This document shows, piece after piece, positions 20,193-31,644 of a DNA stretch of 34,429 bases. Numbering within the stretch: the stretch's first letter is position 1; every line of letters starts with the position of its first letter. This DNA comes from Asterionella formosa (lineage: Eukaryota). Under the pieces are notes generated by a model, which had not been told where the DNA came from, did no database searches, and worked only from the letters and a program-made list of their open reading frames with translations. Made by a program: the position numbers and the translations under genes. The stretch spans positions 1 to 34,429 of the forward strand of contig NKIB01000223.1 in NCBI GenBank assembly GCA_002256025.1, in the 5' to 3' direction.

Positions 20193-20744
20193 TTTCAACT
20201 TCTCTTATACCGGTATCGTAGTAATTTATGTCAAGGTGTGGGTGGCAGATCGTCGGTTTTGGAAACGAGGTCAAGAAAGAGCAGAAATTACGTGACGACA
20301 TCAACTATTTCTTAAATGTCATAACTAAATAATGAGAAGGCAGGTGGGGATCGAACGTTCGAGAGTTATGTATGTATGTAGGTAGATACAGGGTGTTGAA
20401 GAACCTTCCTGCTACAGAAGCTCCCTGCGACTCCCTCATAAGTACCGGTAATACACATGTATACCGGTAATAAATACTCCAGTTGATAGCGCACATGTTC
20501 GGGGTCGCCTTACTCGGAATGATAATTTGAATTTTGCGGGATATCCAATGGGACTGGTGTATGGGCACGACCGAACATGGACGGCAGGCGGAGCTGGGGG
20601 AAATGGTGGACGATGACCACGTATATCGATGATACCAGCCGGGTAGAGTACCGGGTGGTGGTACTTTATGCATGCATGATTTAGTGCGCTGGCACCAGCC
20701 TACGGGTAGTCAGGGTTAGGGATGACAATTGACCTACAAAAGGC

Positions 20745-22816
20745 CACGTTTTTTATGTCGCTATGGCTGGGTGCATGCTTGGACTCGATTGGGTAGCCAC
20801 CGTAGATCTAGTATGCGACGTTTTTGGTCTAAATGAATTACGATATCCAGCTATGTAGTAGGTAAAAGGATTGATGCAACAGGAAACTCAAGACCATCAA
20901 TCATCATTCATCACACTCTGAACGAACTTGTAGTCAAAGTCAAAGGCACATCGATGTGTCTTGAACTCATTGATGAGCCGTGTTAAGGCAACAGGGCCAT
21001 ATTTGGTGGAATAGCCTTGTTGAGTCTGTTGGTCAACTTGACCAGAATTAATGGCATGGTAAGCCATTAGGTACTGACGAGCATGCTGTGCGACCTTTCG
21101 TATTCTTCAAACTGTGATGATTTGCTCTGAAAGACAATGGCGCACACTTGCATTGAAGTTTTCCTTCCCCTTCTTCTCTTTCAAGCTCAAATTTCTGTAT
21201 GCAGCACCCTTGGAACAAGCACACATGTACTCTATCCCTTCCCCTGCAAGTTCAGCGTGACATTTTGGTGTCAGGAGGACCGTGACGCCAATCTTGGTTG
21301 CAATATATTGCAGCATTCCCTCTTCATTTAAAAAGTCAGCACACATTCCCATTAGTATGTGTCTCAAGCTGTTGACATTGTTGACTATTCCGAGTTCTCT
21401 CTTCCCAGTAAGTGTATATTTGTTTAGGTTTGTGCTGTCAATGAATCCTCTTTCCCAAAGAACTTGCAGCTAACCCTTCTCTCTTCTTTCCCATCATTCA
21501 CGAAAATTATCAACAGTTTTGACTGTAGGAATTTCATGCAAAACGCACAGTTGAACTAACTCCTTCTTGTACTTTCCCTTGGTGTTGATTCATTTTGTTT
21601 TCAGGCCTAATTCCAAGGCGGAACGATTTCTTTCATTGGTAGAGGTGGTCCCTAGCTAATTGAATGTCATGTCGTGTTGCTTCCCTCTGTGTCAGTGACA
21701 TCAGAGTGACATCCAGAATGGACCAACATGGCCATTTTCGAAATTCATTTGCTGTGTGTCCCCAACATTCAGTGTCTGTGGGAATAGGCCCAAAAATCCT
21801 TGCTCCCTTTCAATGACCGTTTCTCTCATTGCAGAGTACCTTCCACCAAAACATTTATTCATATGGAGCTGATTGAGGCCATCAATTTGTTGCTTGGAGT
21901 GACCAGCACTGTGATCAAATAGAAAGACAAAGTCGAATGTGGGGTAGAGCACCTGCAGGACATCAACAGCATCTTCGAACTGGAGCACCATGTGGGCATA
22001 GTTCCAGTGTCCCTCTCGGTTTTCTCCATAATCAAACACAACAAGAAATGGAGACTTTTCTGCTGTTAATGGCTTCTTTTGTCTTCCATCATACACTTCA
22101 ATTGCAGCTTCCTAGTCTGTGAAATTCTTCCCAAGGCGACGGAGGTTTATCTCAGCAACGATATTTATTGGTATCTGTTGGAGTAGCCCATGCTTACAAC
22201 AGACAAATGCAGTAATCATTGAGCCTGTACCTTCATCCTTTGGAAGTAGTGGCCGCTCGCCCTTAGGCCCAACCCACATCTTGGATAAAAATAGAAACTG
22301 GATATATATAGCCTCATCTTGTCCAATGAACATTACAGGTCTAGATTCCAAATTTTTCCTTGTCACACTAAGTAGGTTGCCTCCAAATGGGAGCTCATCG
22401 ATCTTGTCATCAAAGCTAAATTAATCTGTGCTGCATCCTCAATTGAGTATTTCTGGAGCATGTATAACCTCAATTGGTCTGCTGGTAGCCAGCGATCATG
22501 AAGCGCATGTTTGCTTATGGCAGCCTTGAAACAAGTCAATATAAACGGATGGGTGCATTGTTTGCTTGCCGTGTGCACCGATGTCTCTTTGGCTCATGAT
22601 GGTCAAAATGGTCAGATACAGCTAGCGGTGCACGTGGCAGACAAAGAAGATCTGGAGATATTCACCGCCATTGTCAGAGTTAATGAAGCAAGTGTAATGA
22701 CATGATAGATTCTGCATCCAACCGAAAGCTAAAAAAATAACATACCAGCTCTACTATGGCTACCCAAACTTTAGTCTGGCCTTGTTCGTGCACACAGCCA
22801 TACTTCTTAGAACGTG
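20745..22816 (-). mobile_element. Decayed DNA transposon (IS630-Tc1-mariner-like DDE) with degenerate ~75-80-bp terminal inverted repeats
   Basis: Left end 20745-20825 (cacgtt...tatggctgggtgca...ttgggtagccaccgtagatctagtatg) is the approximate reverse complement of 22735-22816 (cataccagctctactatggctacccaa...tgcacacagccata...aacgtg). The repeats flank the transposase fragments. Exact ends and TSD were not resolved. Confidence 0.75.
20911..22578 (-). pseudogene. Fragmented DDE transposase
   Basis: FIGQDEAIY (D1), LLPKDEG, YGENREGHW, FVFLFDHSAGH (D2), QVLWERGFID, TPKCHAELAGEGIEY (E), C-terminus FKTHRCAFDFD. Several stops and frameshifts. Confidence 0.8.
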
Positions 22817-23526
22817 AAGTCGAAGCGTCTTACTTAAAGGGAAACAAATTAATTTAGCTTCTCCATCTTTTTTTCCTGTAGTAAATATTTTTTGATATTT
22901 GTGACAGCAGTAGAAACATCGAAACTCCCCTTGCGTACCGGTAGCTAGCTCGACTTTCATTATCGCTGTTGTTTACAAAATAGGAATTGCAACCAATCCA
23001 TCATCTCCACCATGTTAGTTGCACTGAATGAAAGACTATAACAGCTAAAATAAAAAGAGTTTTAATAGCTACAAATGCTAGTCAATTAGAGGCAGATGTG
23101 CTACTTATTGTAATGCCTTTAGTAGATTCATAAAGCATCGAAGCACTGCTCTTCTTTGTTCCAGAGAGTTTGCTTGTGTTGTTGATTTTTGTTCGATTGG
23201 CCAATTGTTGAATCTGTTGCCATTCTTCGTCGTTCCTTGTTTGATCATTCATGTATAGATTCAATCAAAACATTAAAATGATTAAACTTCTACAATGAAT
23301 GCTGAGATCCTGGAGAACCCAAAGCTTGCTTGCTTGGCTTGCTTCTGGCCACCTGCCAGGCAGAGTATCATCAGGTGGTCTTTGAACAGCACTGTTACCA
23401 ATGTTGCCCCAAAAGTTTTGCCCTCCCGCATTTCGAAGATTATATCTAGCTACGTCAACAAGAATGCAATCCCCACAGCATTTCAAATGCCGCTGTCTGT
23501 CATACTAGATTCAAGGACAAGAAGGC

Positions 23527-23860
23527 GGAGGGTTAGTGAATGTTGCTGGGCCTGTCAACAAGAACAATCATCAATCAGCCGGTTCAGTTTCAACCAACAC
23601 ATGCCAAGTTGACAAGGACTTCATCACAAAGCAAAGTCCAACTTTCATCCATGCAAGCATGGTCAGCCAATTGGACATTTCTCTATCCCAATTAAGGAGG
23701 GTTGCTGAGTGAGTGTTGCTGTCAACAAGAACAGTCAACAATCAGCCGGTTCAGTTTCAACCAACCAATGCCAGGTTGATAAGGACTTTATCACAGCCAC
23801 AAGTCTGATTTTCATCCATGGAAGCATGGTCAGCCAATTGGACATTTCTATATCCCAATT
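23527..23860. repeat. Tandem duplication, two ~165-bp copies (23527-23693, 23696-23860)
   Basis: ggagggtt...tgtcaacaagaaca...aatcagccggttcagtttcaaccaac...gcatggtcagccaattggacatttct..atcccaatt occurs twice. Confidence 0.9.
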
Positions 23861-24609
23861 CAACACTTACCTTTAATGGAGTATTGCACCAGCAATGTTG
23901 GAACCCTGCCCTAGTACTATGCTGCACCAGCAGTGCGAAGATTATCAGCAGAGGGCAAAAATGATGATCCCATGGTGCATTTGATTATTATCAGTTTTCT
24001 TTGTGTTTTACTACATCTACTTAGGAGAAAATCATAGATGATAATATTTCACTAATTTACATAGCATTATATACTATGGCCCAAAATTTGGGTTTGTGAC
24101 ATTTGCAGTTTAAAAACAAGCTTGTTTTGATGAAACTGTAACTCCATCAAAAGTATTGAATTTCTTGTAAGTGTTTTCAGGGATGCATCTTGTGGTTACA
24201 GGTAGAGTGCTCAAGGAATGCTTACCAGAAATTCTATACTTTTGACTAAGTTCCATACCTCAAGTTGCTGAACTATTTAAGTTCTCAAAATTTGGGGAGC
24301 ATTTAGGGGATTAGCATACAAATTTCAAATCTGCAAGTGCCCCAGCATCTGAATCCTATCCGCACATTATAAGAACTCCATGTGTTAAAGAAGCAAGAAA
24401 AGAAAGGACAATCGATGACAGCGACACTGTCATCATGATCACCAAGGCAGTGATGACGGCAGCAAGGACATGATTCCCTCCTCTCTATATGATGCATGAC
24501 GCACACAAACATGCAACGCAGAGTATAAATTACATTGTTGTCGACTCCATCCCTCCCCCCTCCGAATCAAAGTACAAGCAAAACACCACAGTAGAATAAT
24601 CTCTGCACC

Positions 24610-25107
24610 ATGTTGAAGTCATTTTTCTCGGCAGTCACGAAGAAACATGTGGAACAAAGGATCTTGAAAACGAATGCCGATCATTTGCTTCGGATCATAC
24701 AAGACGTTGATCGATACAAGGAGTTTCTTCCGTTGTGTACGGAGTCGAAGGTTCTGAGACGATCCGCTTGTGGAGGATACTTCGATGCAACCCTGACGGT
24801 CGGTCTACCACCACTTTTTACTGAAACATACGTATCCAGAGTCCAAGTGAAACCGGAACGGCTCACCGTTGCCACAAAGAGTATACAATCCAAACTATTT
24901 GACTCGCTATCTAGTGAGTGGAAACTTCAAAATGTTTCTACGAACGATCAAGATCTCACTTACGTGGATTTTCAAGTTGAAATGACAGTCACCGACCCCA
25001 TTATTGTCAACATTATCGACCGAGTTCTAAGTGAAGTGGCTGGTCGACAAGTCGATGCCTTTGAGAAACGATGCCAGGATCTGGATATGATACATGGTCC
25101 TACATGA
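24610..25107 (+). CDS. COQ10: Coenzyme Q-binding protein COQ10-like (START/polyketide-cyclase fold, RatA/Coq10 family), 165 aa
   Basis: IIQDVDRYKEFLPLCTESKVL, ATLTVG..LFTETYVSRV, LFDSLSSEWKL, VDFQVEM, AFEKRC match the family pattern. Confidence 0.85.
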   Translation: MLKSFFSAVTKKHVEQRILKTNADHLLRIIQDVDRYKEFLPLCTESKVLRRSACGGYFDATLTVGLPPLFTETYVSRVQVKPERLTVATKSIQSKLFDSLSSEWKLQNVSTNDQDLTYVDFQVEMTVTDPIIVNIIDRVLSEVAGRQVDAFEKRCQDLDMIHGPT

Positions 25108-25125
25108 TGAAAATGTTTCTTCTAT

Positions 25126-27519
25126 CTACTTGTCGCCAGAAATAGCGACACGTTCAACTATTGCCTTTGGATGTAGAGGTTGGGAACGATCGAGGTCTTC
25201 CTCTGGAGTTTCCTTTTTGTCAACAGAAGAATCCGTCTTGTTCTTTCTTTTGGGATTTTTGTCGTTGTCACATTGTTTGACAATGAACTTTGTCATGTTG
25301 CTATATTTGTGGGCGAGATCCCGAAGGAACAGGGGATATAAAGAGTCCATGTTTTCGTGTAACTTGAAATCCTTCACATTGTTCCACGTCTTCTTTGCTT
25401 CAGAATCAGGATGCGGGTGGTGCACGATGAATCCCTCAGGCAGAATGGAGAACTGGTATCCCATGAACCGCAAATGAGAAATCATTTCAATTTTGTTCTT
25501 GCCGTATCCATAGAATCGTTCATCGTAGTACGGAGCGACTGGCTTTGGTACATCCGCATCATGCGGACACCATCGAAGTACTACATAGGGTTCGTAGCGT
25601 AACGAATCGAAACACGAAACGTGGTTGATCATACGTGTTGTAGTGTTGCCTGGTAGCATAATTTCGGGATTGTAAAAATCGCCCTTGAGCCACGAGGCCG
25701 ACCTCGTTGAACAGTGACCTTCCCAATTGTTATTACTCTGAAAGACGGCGCAGTTTGCCTCTTCCACGCATCCCCTCAATTCATTGATTGTTCTAGGAAT
25801 AAAGGTACTGTCTGATTTCAGATGAGCTCCACATTCCTCCGCTGTCGCACAAGGTACCTTCAGGAGTCTTTCAAAGGCAGGGACAACGATAGCATCACTG
25901 TGCTCAGGAATCATTCCATCAATGACAAGCCGTTGCTTCTTCCTTAAGTGCAATATCTCTCGTATGGTATCGTGCAAATTCATTGAAGGGACAAAATCAA
26001 CGTCAACAACCAGAACATGACTTGTATTGACGGTATCAAGACCGACGTTGCGAAGTCGATTCACGGGGTATCCCCATGATTGATCTTCGTCCTTTGCTTG
26101 ATAAGGTATTATTCTCATTTGAGGGCACAACAGTTGCCACTCTCGCAGATTTGGTGCGCTCGCAGATTTAGTAATATAAACCACAGCAACAATTGGATCT
26201 TTCCATCGCTGGCATGTCTCCTTCAAAATCCACATTCGATCCAAACTAAATTGAACCATCAGAGTAGTAGTCAGAATATCGGGAGAAAGATCCACAGGAC
26301 ATGTTGATTGATTTGGAAATTCATCGCTGTTCAACAGGTTCCGCTCGACTGACCTGACATTGGCAACTGTTTCGGTTGAGTCAACCTTCACAGAACCTTT
26401 CTCTGCTGGTATTGCAGTTGCTTTCCCATCCGCTATTAATTTTTCATTCGTTTCAATGTTGGGTTTCGGCGTAGCTAGGGCGGATGTGGTATTTCTTGAT
26501 AAAGTCATCGCTGACGAATCGTGGTGCTTCTTGTCGGCTGCCAATGCTGGAGGCTCTATAGGCTCGATTCTGTCGTTTGTTTTTGGATTGCCACCTTCTA
26601 CTCTCCGCGCTGGGTCACGTACCATGGCGGATTTTCTAGCTGCAGTCATTGACTCGACATTTTCGACCCTTTCTTTGTTTTTAGTTGCATCCTTTTCAGA
26701 ATCAACTTCAATTTCGCGAACAGCGTCGCTACCTTCCAAACCCCCCTCCCTGACCTGGTTCAAACTGCCATTTATCCGTGCATTTATGCTTTTTTGTCCT
26801 TGTCCGTCGTTCGCATCATTGCGCACATCCTTGGATCGCACATTTTCCTCTGCGTTATGGCGTTGATGATGCTCGCCCTTGTGTTCGTTTTCGTCCAAGT
26901 CAGCATCATTCCGATGATACCATGTTGGTACAATTTTCTCCAATACATTATTCCGTGTCGACGACTTTTTCTTTTGCTGTAACCTTAAGCGTTCTTCGTA
27001 AATACGCAGCGATTGTAATTTTTGTTCTTGCAAGGGCGGTAGAACGATGGCAGATAGTAATGAGTGATCAAGTTTCTTCGAGCCCGAAAGGATCTTTCCA
27101 TAATCCATCAATGTTTCAGTGAGTGGTACAACGACATGCCAAAGAAGAAGATAACAAATAATAACAGAACTGAATAGCATCCTCCAAGGAGAGGAGCAAA
27201 AAATGCGATGCCACAGAGTCTTCTTCCTCATGTGTCGACGTTTCTTGTCCTTGCCTGGATAATATTGTCCTCCTAGGAGAAATGAATTGCACGTGGAGGT
27301 CCCCGGACTGGTGTATATTGGAAGATTGCGAGATCCATTGCGCTTCATTGGTGTTGCTCGAGGATAGAAGGAGGCAGGAAGCAGTGTCTCTGTTTCCGCC
27401 GATCGACGGCGAAGGCCATTGTCATTGTGAGCTGCAGAAGCAGAAGAAACAGAATCCTTTCTATCTCCACCTCTGGTCTGTGGCGATCCCTTTCGAGTTC
27501 GTTTGAAGGCTGAAAACAT
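25126..27519 (-). CDS. Type II membrane GT49-family glycosyltransferase (LARGE/B4GAT1-like, putative glucuronyltransferase), intronless
   Basis: TM anchor (MLFSSVIICYLLLWHVVV) and long charged stem. QFSLDR...W, YPVNRLRN, VVDVDFVPS (DxD), VVPAFE, YEPYVV, YYDERFYGYGKNKI, FIVHHPH. First ATG at 27519. Confidence 0.9.
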   Translation of the reverse strand: MFSAFKRTRKGSPQTRGGDRKDSVSSASAAHNDNGLRRRSAETETLLPASFYPRATPMKRNGSRNLPIYTSPGTSTCNSFLLGGQYYPGKDKKRRHMRKKTLWHRIFCSSPWRMLFSSVIICYLLLWHVVVPLTETLMDYGKILSGSKKLDHSLLSAIVLPPLQEQKLQSLRIYEERLRLQQKKKSSTRNNVLEKIVPTWYHRNDADLDENEHKGEHHQRHNAEENVRSKDVRNDANDGQGQKSINARINGSLNQVREGGLEGSDAVREIEVDSEKDATKNKERVENVESMTAARKSAMVRDPARRVEGGNPKTNDRIEPIEPPALAADKKHHDSSAMTLSRNTTSALATPKPNIETNEKLIADGKATAIPAEKGSVKVDSTETVANVRSVERNLLNSDEFPNQSTCPVDLSPDILTTTLMVQFSLDRMWILKETCQRWKDPIVAVVYITKSASAPNLREWQLLCPQMRIIPYQAKDEDQSWGYPVNRLRNVGLDTVNTSHVLVVDVDFVPSMNLHDTIREILHLRKKQRLVIDGMIPEHSDAIVVPAFERLLKVPCATAEECGAHLKSDSTFIPRTINELRGCVEEANCAVFQSNNNWEGHCSTRSASWLKGDFYNPEIMLPGNTTTRMINHVSCFDSLRYEPYVVLRWCPHDADVPKPVAPYYDERFYGYGKNKIEMISHLRFMGYQFSILPEGFIVHHPHPDSEAKKTWNNVKDFKLHENMDSLYPLFLRDLAHKYSNMTKFIVKQCDNDKNPKRKNKTDSSVDKKETPEEDLDRSQPLHPKAIVERVAISGDK

Positions 27520-27815
27520 GAATAAAGGCAAGGTCAAGCCAATTCAGTGGTTGGAGTGGTGAAGCAGAGAGACAAGGATGGCAGCAGAACAAGTGGTTGT
27601 AAAAAATCAGGTAAAAAATCAGCCATAATAACAATGTTATTATCATGGATTATAGCACAACCGGGATGTATATACTGTATACCGTCCTCCATCATGCAAA
27701 ATCATAAGCAATTAACGCTGTACGCATCTTTGCTTGTAAAGAGTTAAATATGACCGGGACCTTGTTTAGAGAACGGTGTGACTTCTGGGAGCTAGTTCGT
27801 CGTCACTATTCGTTC

Positions 27816-29281
27816 TACCTGGTAGACTAGTCTAACTGTATTCTTCCGGGCTGTACTGATTGATCGTAACCGTCAGGTAGTATGTACATCCTATTGTAGT
27901 CTATGTCTATATGCCTCATGCAACATACATACAGTGCACCGGATTACTTATCTGACATTAAATATAAATTTAACTATAATTTACAACAGTTTGTCACCAT
28001 TTCAATTTGGAGGAGTGTTGTGTGCAGATGTGTCTATTTTTGGGCACTGCAAGAGTCTGAGATGGTGGAGTCAAATCCTTCTTTTGCCAACTAGCTATTA
28101 CATGCATTATATTGGCCATTTCGTGAGAGTCTACGAAGGGACAGTGCCTATGTTTGCTTGAGAACGCTTCTGCTGGTCTGCAGACCCATCTAACACCAAG
28201 CTGTAGCTACTTGAATAATGGATGGAAGGTAAAAGATGTACTAGGCCTTTGCTTCTTTGGCACATGATTGCTCAACTTCAAGAGCATGAAGTGAATGATT
28301 CTGAGTGGCCATACAATCGATCTACTGAACATACTGATCAGAAATTGTGACATTTGCTGTTACATGGCTCGAAGTACTAGCTCGAAGTAAAATAAAGAGA
28401 AAAATTGATGAAAAACTCAAATTGATCTTTGCAGCACAAACTACTATGTTTCTGTTAAATGCATTGGTGAATATCACTCAACCAAAGATTGATCCAATTG
28501 GAATGAGTTCTGGACTAGTAGGAAAGCCGATGTCCTCAGGATCTAGCTTCATGAAGATCAGAGCATTCTCTCCTTGGATAGCACCAAAGAATAATACGCT
28601 TTGGAGTTTCTCTAGCTGGCAAAATTGAAAGTCATTTTTGTCACATTATTGGACCATCAATTGCATTAATTTCTTGGTTTTGGCCATCGCTTTGCATGAT
28701 ACACTATGATCGCTTTCTCAAACTATTTTGGAAGGAAGCAAGTTATCACCAAGTAAGAAAATGAACTCCTGCCTGTGTTTCAGTGCTGAGTGAAACCAAG
28801 CTGTCATGCCTTGTCAGCATAGGTCAATCAATACCTCAACCATGTTTCCATCACCATTGTTGCACTTCTTGGACAGAGATGCAGATATTATTCACGCATT
28901 GTACCTAACATACCAGTTAAGTCAATATTTTGTATATGTTCTTTGCTGAGAGCAAGCCATTTCGGGTGTGCAAGCAATTTCAGGGAAATCATATGTAGAC
29001 ACACATGGATAATAATATTTTTATATATTACACCATTATTTTATAACTGTAAAACATTTGTGTTTGTATTGACCAAATTTTGTAACTCTGCTTTGCACCT
29101 CCACAAATGTTGCTGGGGTTATGAGTACAACATGCTATGTTGCAATCAATGGACATGATCTTTTTTGTTTTAAGCGCGCCCAAGTAGCTCCCGGTACATG
29201 AGCTCAGATAACACCGCACGATTTCGGTTTCTTTTTCGAAATGCATACCGCAACGTCCGCACAGGTACCTGGTAGACTAGT
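27816..29281. repeat. Identical 16-bp direct repeats TACCTGGTAGACTAGT at 27816-27831 and 29266-29281
   Basis: Exact match read in the sequence, bracketing an AT-rich decayed tract between two divergent genes. Confidence 0.8.
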
Positions 29282-29826
29282 GAATACTGGAAGTACCAGT
29301 ATGCATTGACAACACATCATCTGGTTCGTGATCGATCACTGTGATTTAGTTATTCATTCCCCTCGCTCTCAACGTCAAGAATTTAGGTCCTTACCACTTC
29401 TGAGTGATGATAACAATACGAGTCAATTATTTATTAGCAAGACTATGGACGAATCCTGTCCGTCAACATTGATTCCTCGCTAAGGAGATTGCCGTTGCCC
29501 AGATCATTTTTCTTCAACAGTTCATTTTTCATGTCGTTCGAACAAATACGTAGAAGAGGCACATACGCAATAAGTATGACATTAGAAGTTGAGCTGCTTA
29601 TTATACAATCGTGTACGAGCAACCGGTACGCCCTCTTCAATTTTTCATAAATAGCTGTTAATAAATATACAGTCTACCGGTATCTGCCATTCTTTTATCA
29701 ACATTCTCACTACTATTTTCCCATTTTGTCCCGCCATAAATTCTTTGTCTTCCTCCGCCCGCTCCTTCACCTGTTCCCTCTTGCACATCACAGGAACCAT
29801 CTGACTGCAATATACTCCCCACTCTC

Positions 29827-31239
29827 ATGTCGGCTTTCGAATCGAAAAAGGCGAAGAGCTTCAGCAGCTTCTTCCGTCCCAAGAAAGAGGCAAGTGAGCA
29901 GGGCTTGGTGCGGAACAAGTCATTCAAACGCATTCGCGGCCTGCTCAAGGGGGAATCCCGAAAGGAACGAAAGGCCAGAAAGGAAAGCAAGAAAGCACAG
30001 GCACTTGCTGCTGCCGCCACTGGTATTACTGTCCCATCGCCAGGCTCGTCGGTGTGTAGAACTGATGACGACGCTGAAACGGTCTATGGCGTTGACGTGG
30101 ACGACTCGGTGGCGTCCTCCTTTGCTCCTTCTCCGCCTCGTCCTGTTCCCTCACCCCTCTTGTCGAAGCACCAATGCACGGAAGAAGATGACACTGACAG
30201 GGAGCTGAACTTTACAGCAAACAAACAAATCTTCCCTCCCATCCAAGTCATTCTGCTTGTCATGGACCCAGCGACTCGTCGTTTCGAACTTGTGCAGCTC
30301 GAATTTGATAGCAACGACGCTCTCGTCAAGGATGTACTGGCACAGATTCCGCACTCAGTGACTTCAAAGGATTTGAGAAAGCGATCATATACGAGTATCG
30401 CGGACTGTCGTGGAACTGAGCTCATCCTTTCCCTTCGTCTATCAACTTTCTGCCCGGCATCCGAAGTTCTTGTTGCTATTCCTGCAGGTATATCGGCCAA
30501 GCGATGTGTTCATTTGGCTCGTCCTATTCTTAGTGATGACAAGGTTATCTCTATGGTAAGTGAATCGCAACAGACTTGACAAAATGTGGTTGGCATATTT
30601 TTTTCTGCTTACACACACAAATGCATTCGGCGTTTCACCTTTTTCCAGCTTCAATCAAGTGGTATTGCGGTCCCATGCTTGATGGAGTCAACAAGTGACC
30701 CACATACAGTCGTTGAGGAGCCTTCTACCCTCATTGAAGAGTCTCCCATCCTCATTGAAGAGTCGTCTGCCCCCATTGCCGAGTCCGGGAAAACGGAAAA
30801 CACAAAGAAGAAATCTGTTTTCAACACTATCTTCACCATACTTCTTATTGCCTTACTGGCCTTTGGAGTCCAAGTCTCGCACTTTTATGTGTCATCGCCC
30901 TTGGAACCTGGACATCGTTTGTCACCTGGGTCCATCATTACAAAGTGCGGTCTCTTGTTCTTCATGCCATCCTGCACCAGTAATCCTAGTTTGGAAATGG
31001 GCATGGACGGAGTCATGACTTTATATGGTGCCGACAAGTTGGTTGAGTGGACAATTGCTGGAGGCATCTGTGAGTCCTTTGAAGGAGGATGCATGAATGG
31101 TGCCATTTTGAACATTGACGGTTCCCTTGTGATTGGTGGCAAGGTTGTTTCGACTGTGACTGCCATGGGTATGGCACCATTGGAACCTTGGCCATTTGTA
31201 GTATCCCCCAAGGTTCGAGTGATTCGGGGAAGAAAATAG
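29827..31239 (+). CDS. Uncharacterised single-pass membrane protein (~439 aa), exons 29827-30555 and 30649-31239; basic N-terminus, globular beta-grasp-like domain, TM helix, bulb-lectin-like C-terminus
   Basis: Phase-0 intron 30556-30648 (GTAAGT...TTTTCCAG) joins DDKVISM|LQSSG. TM IFTILLIALLAFGVQV. C-terminal LEMGMDGVMTLY...W...LNIDGSLVI resembles B-lectin repeats. Confidence 0.8.
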
Positions 31240-31644
31240 CGAACCAACCTTTGTATGTTTTGTATTTTCTTGAATATGTGTACGGGGTCACGGCGACAAA
31301 ATATTTTATTGTCAAGGATTTTAATCCAATGTATGCAAGGAAATACAGTGGAAAATCAAGGAAGCGATGACGATGAACGACAACGTACAACTTGATATAC
31401 ACCAAGGTGCAACTTCACGATAGACGCACGAATACTACTTTTTAAATTGTGAGAGAAGAAATGAAATATGATTCATCGACCGTCTTATACTTTCACCAAG
31501 TCAAATCAAACTAAAAGAGATGTTTTGCTTAAATTTGCTTTGTTTTTATTCGCACTGAATTCTCCAGAAATCTGAGCCGCATATTCCAGTGTCGTAATTT
31601 TTTTGGTTGGTTGCATTTCGTTGAATGCTTCCCACTTATATCAT

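Noticed and set aside
20712..20721. AGGGTTAGGG telomere-like sequence
   Set aside because: Fewer than two units; chance.
26360..26866. 168-aa plus-strand ORF and similar antisense ORFs within RNL, GT49, the 29827 gene and the peroxidase
   Set aside because: Antisense shadows of real coding sequence.
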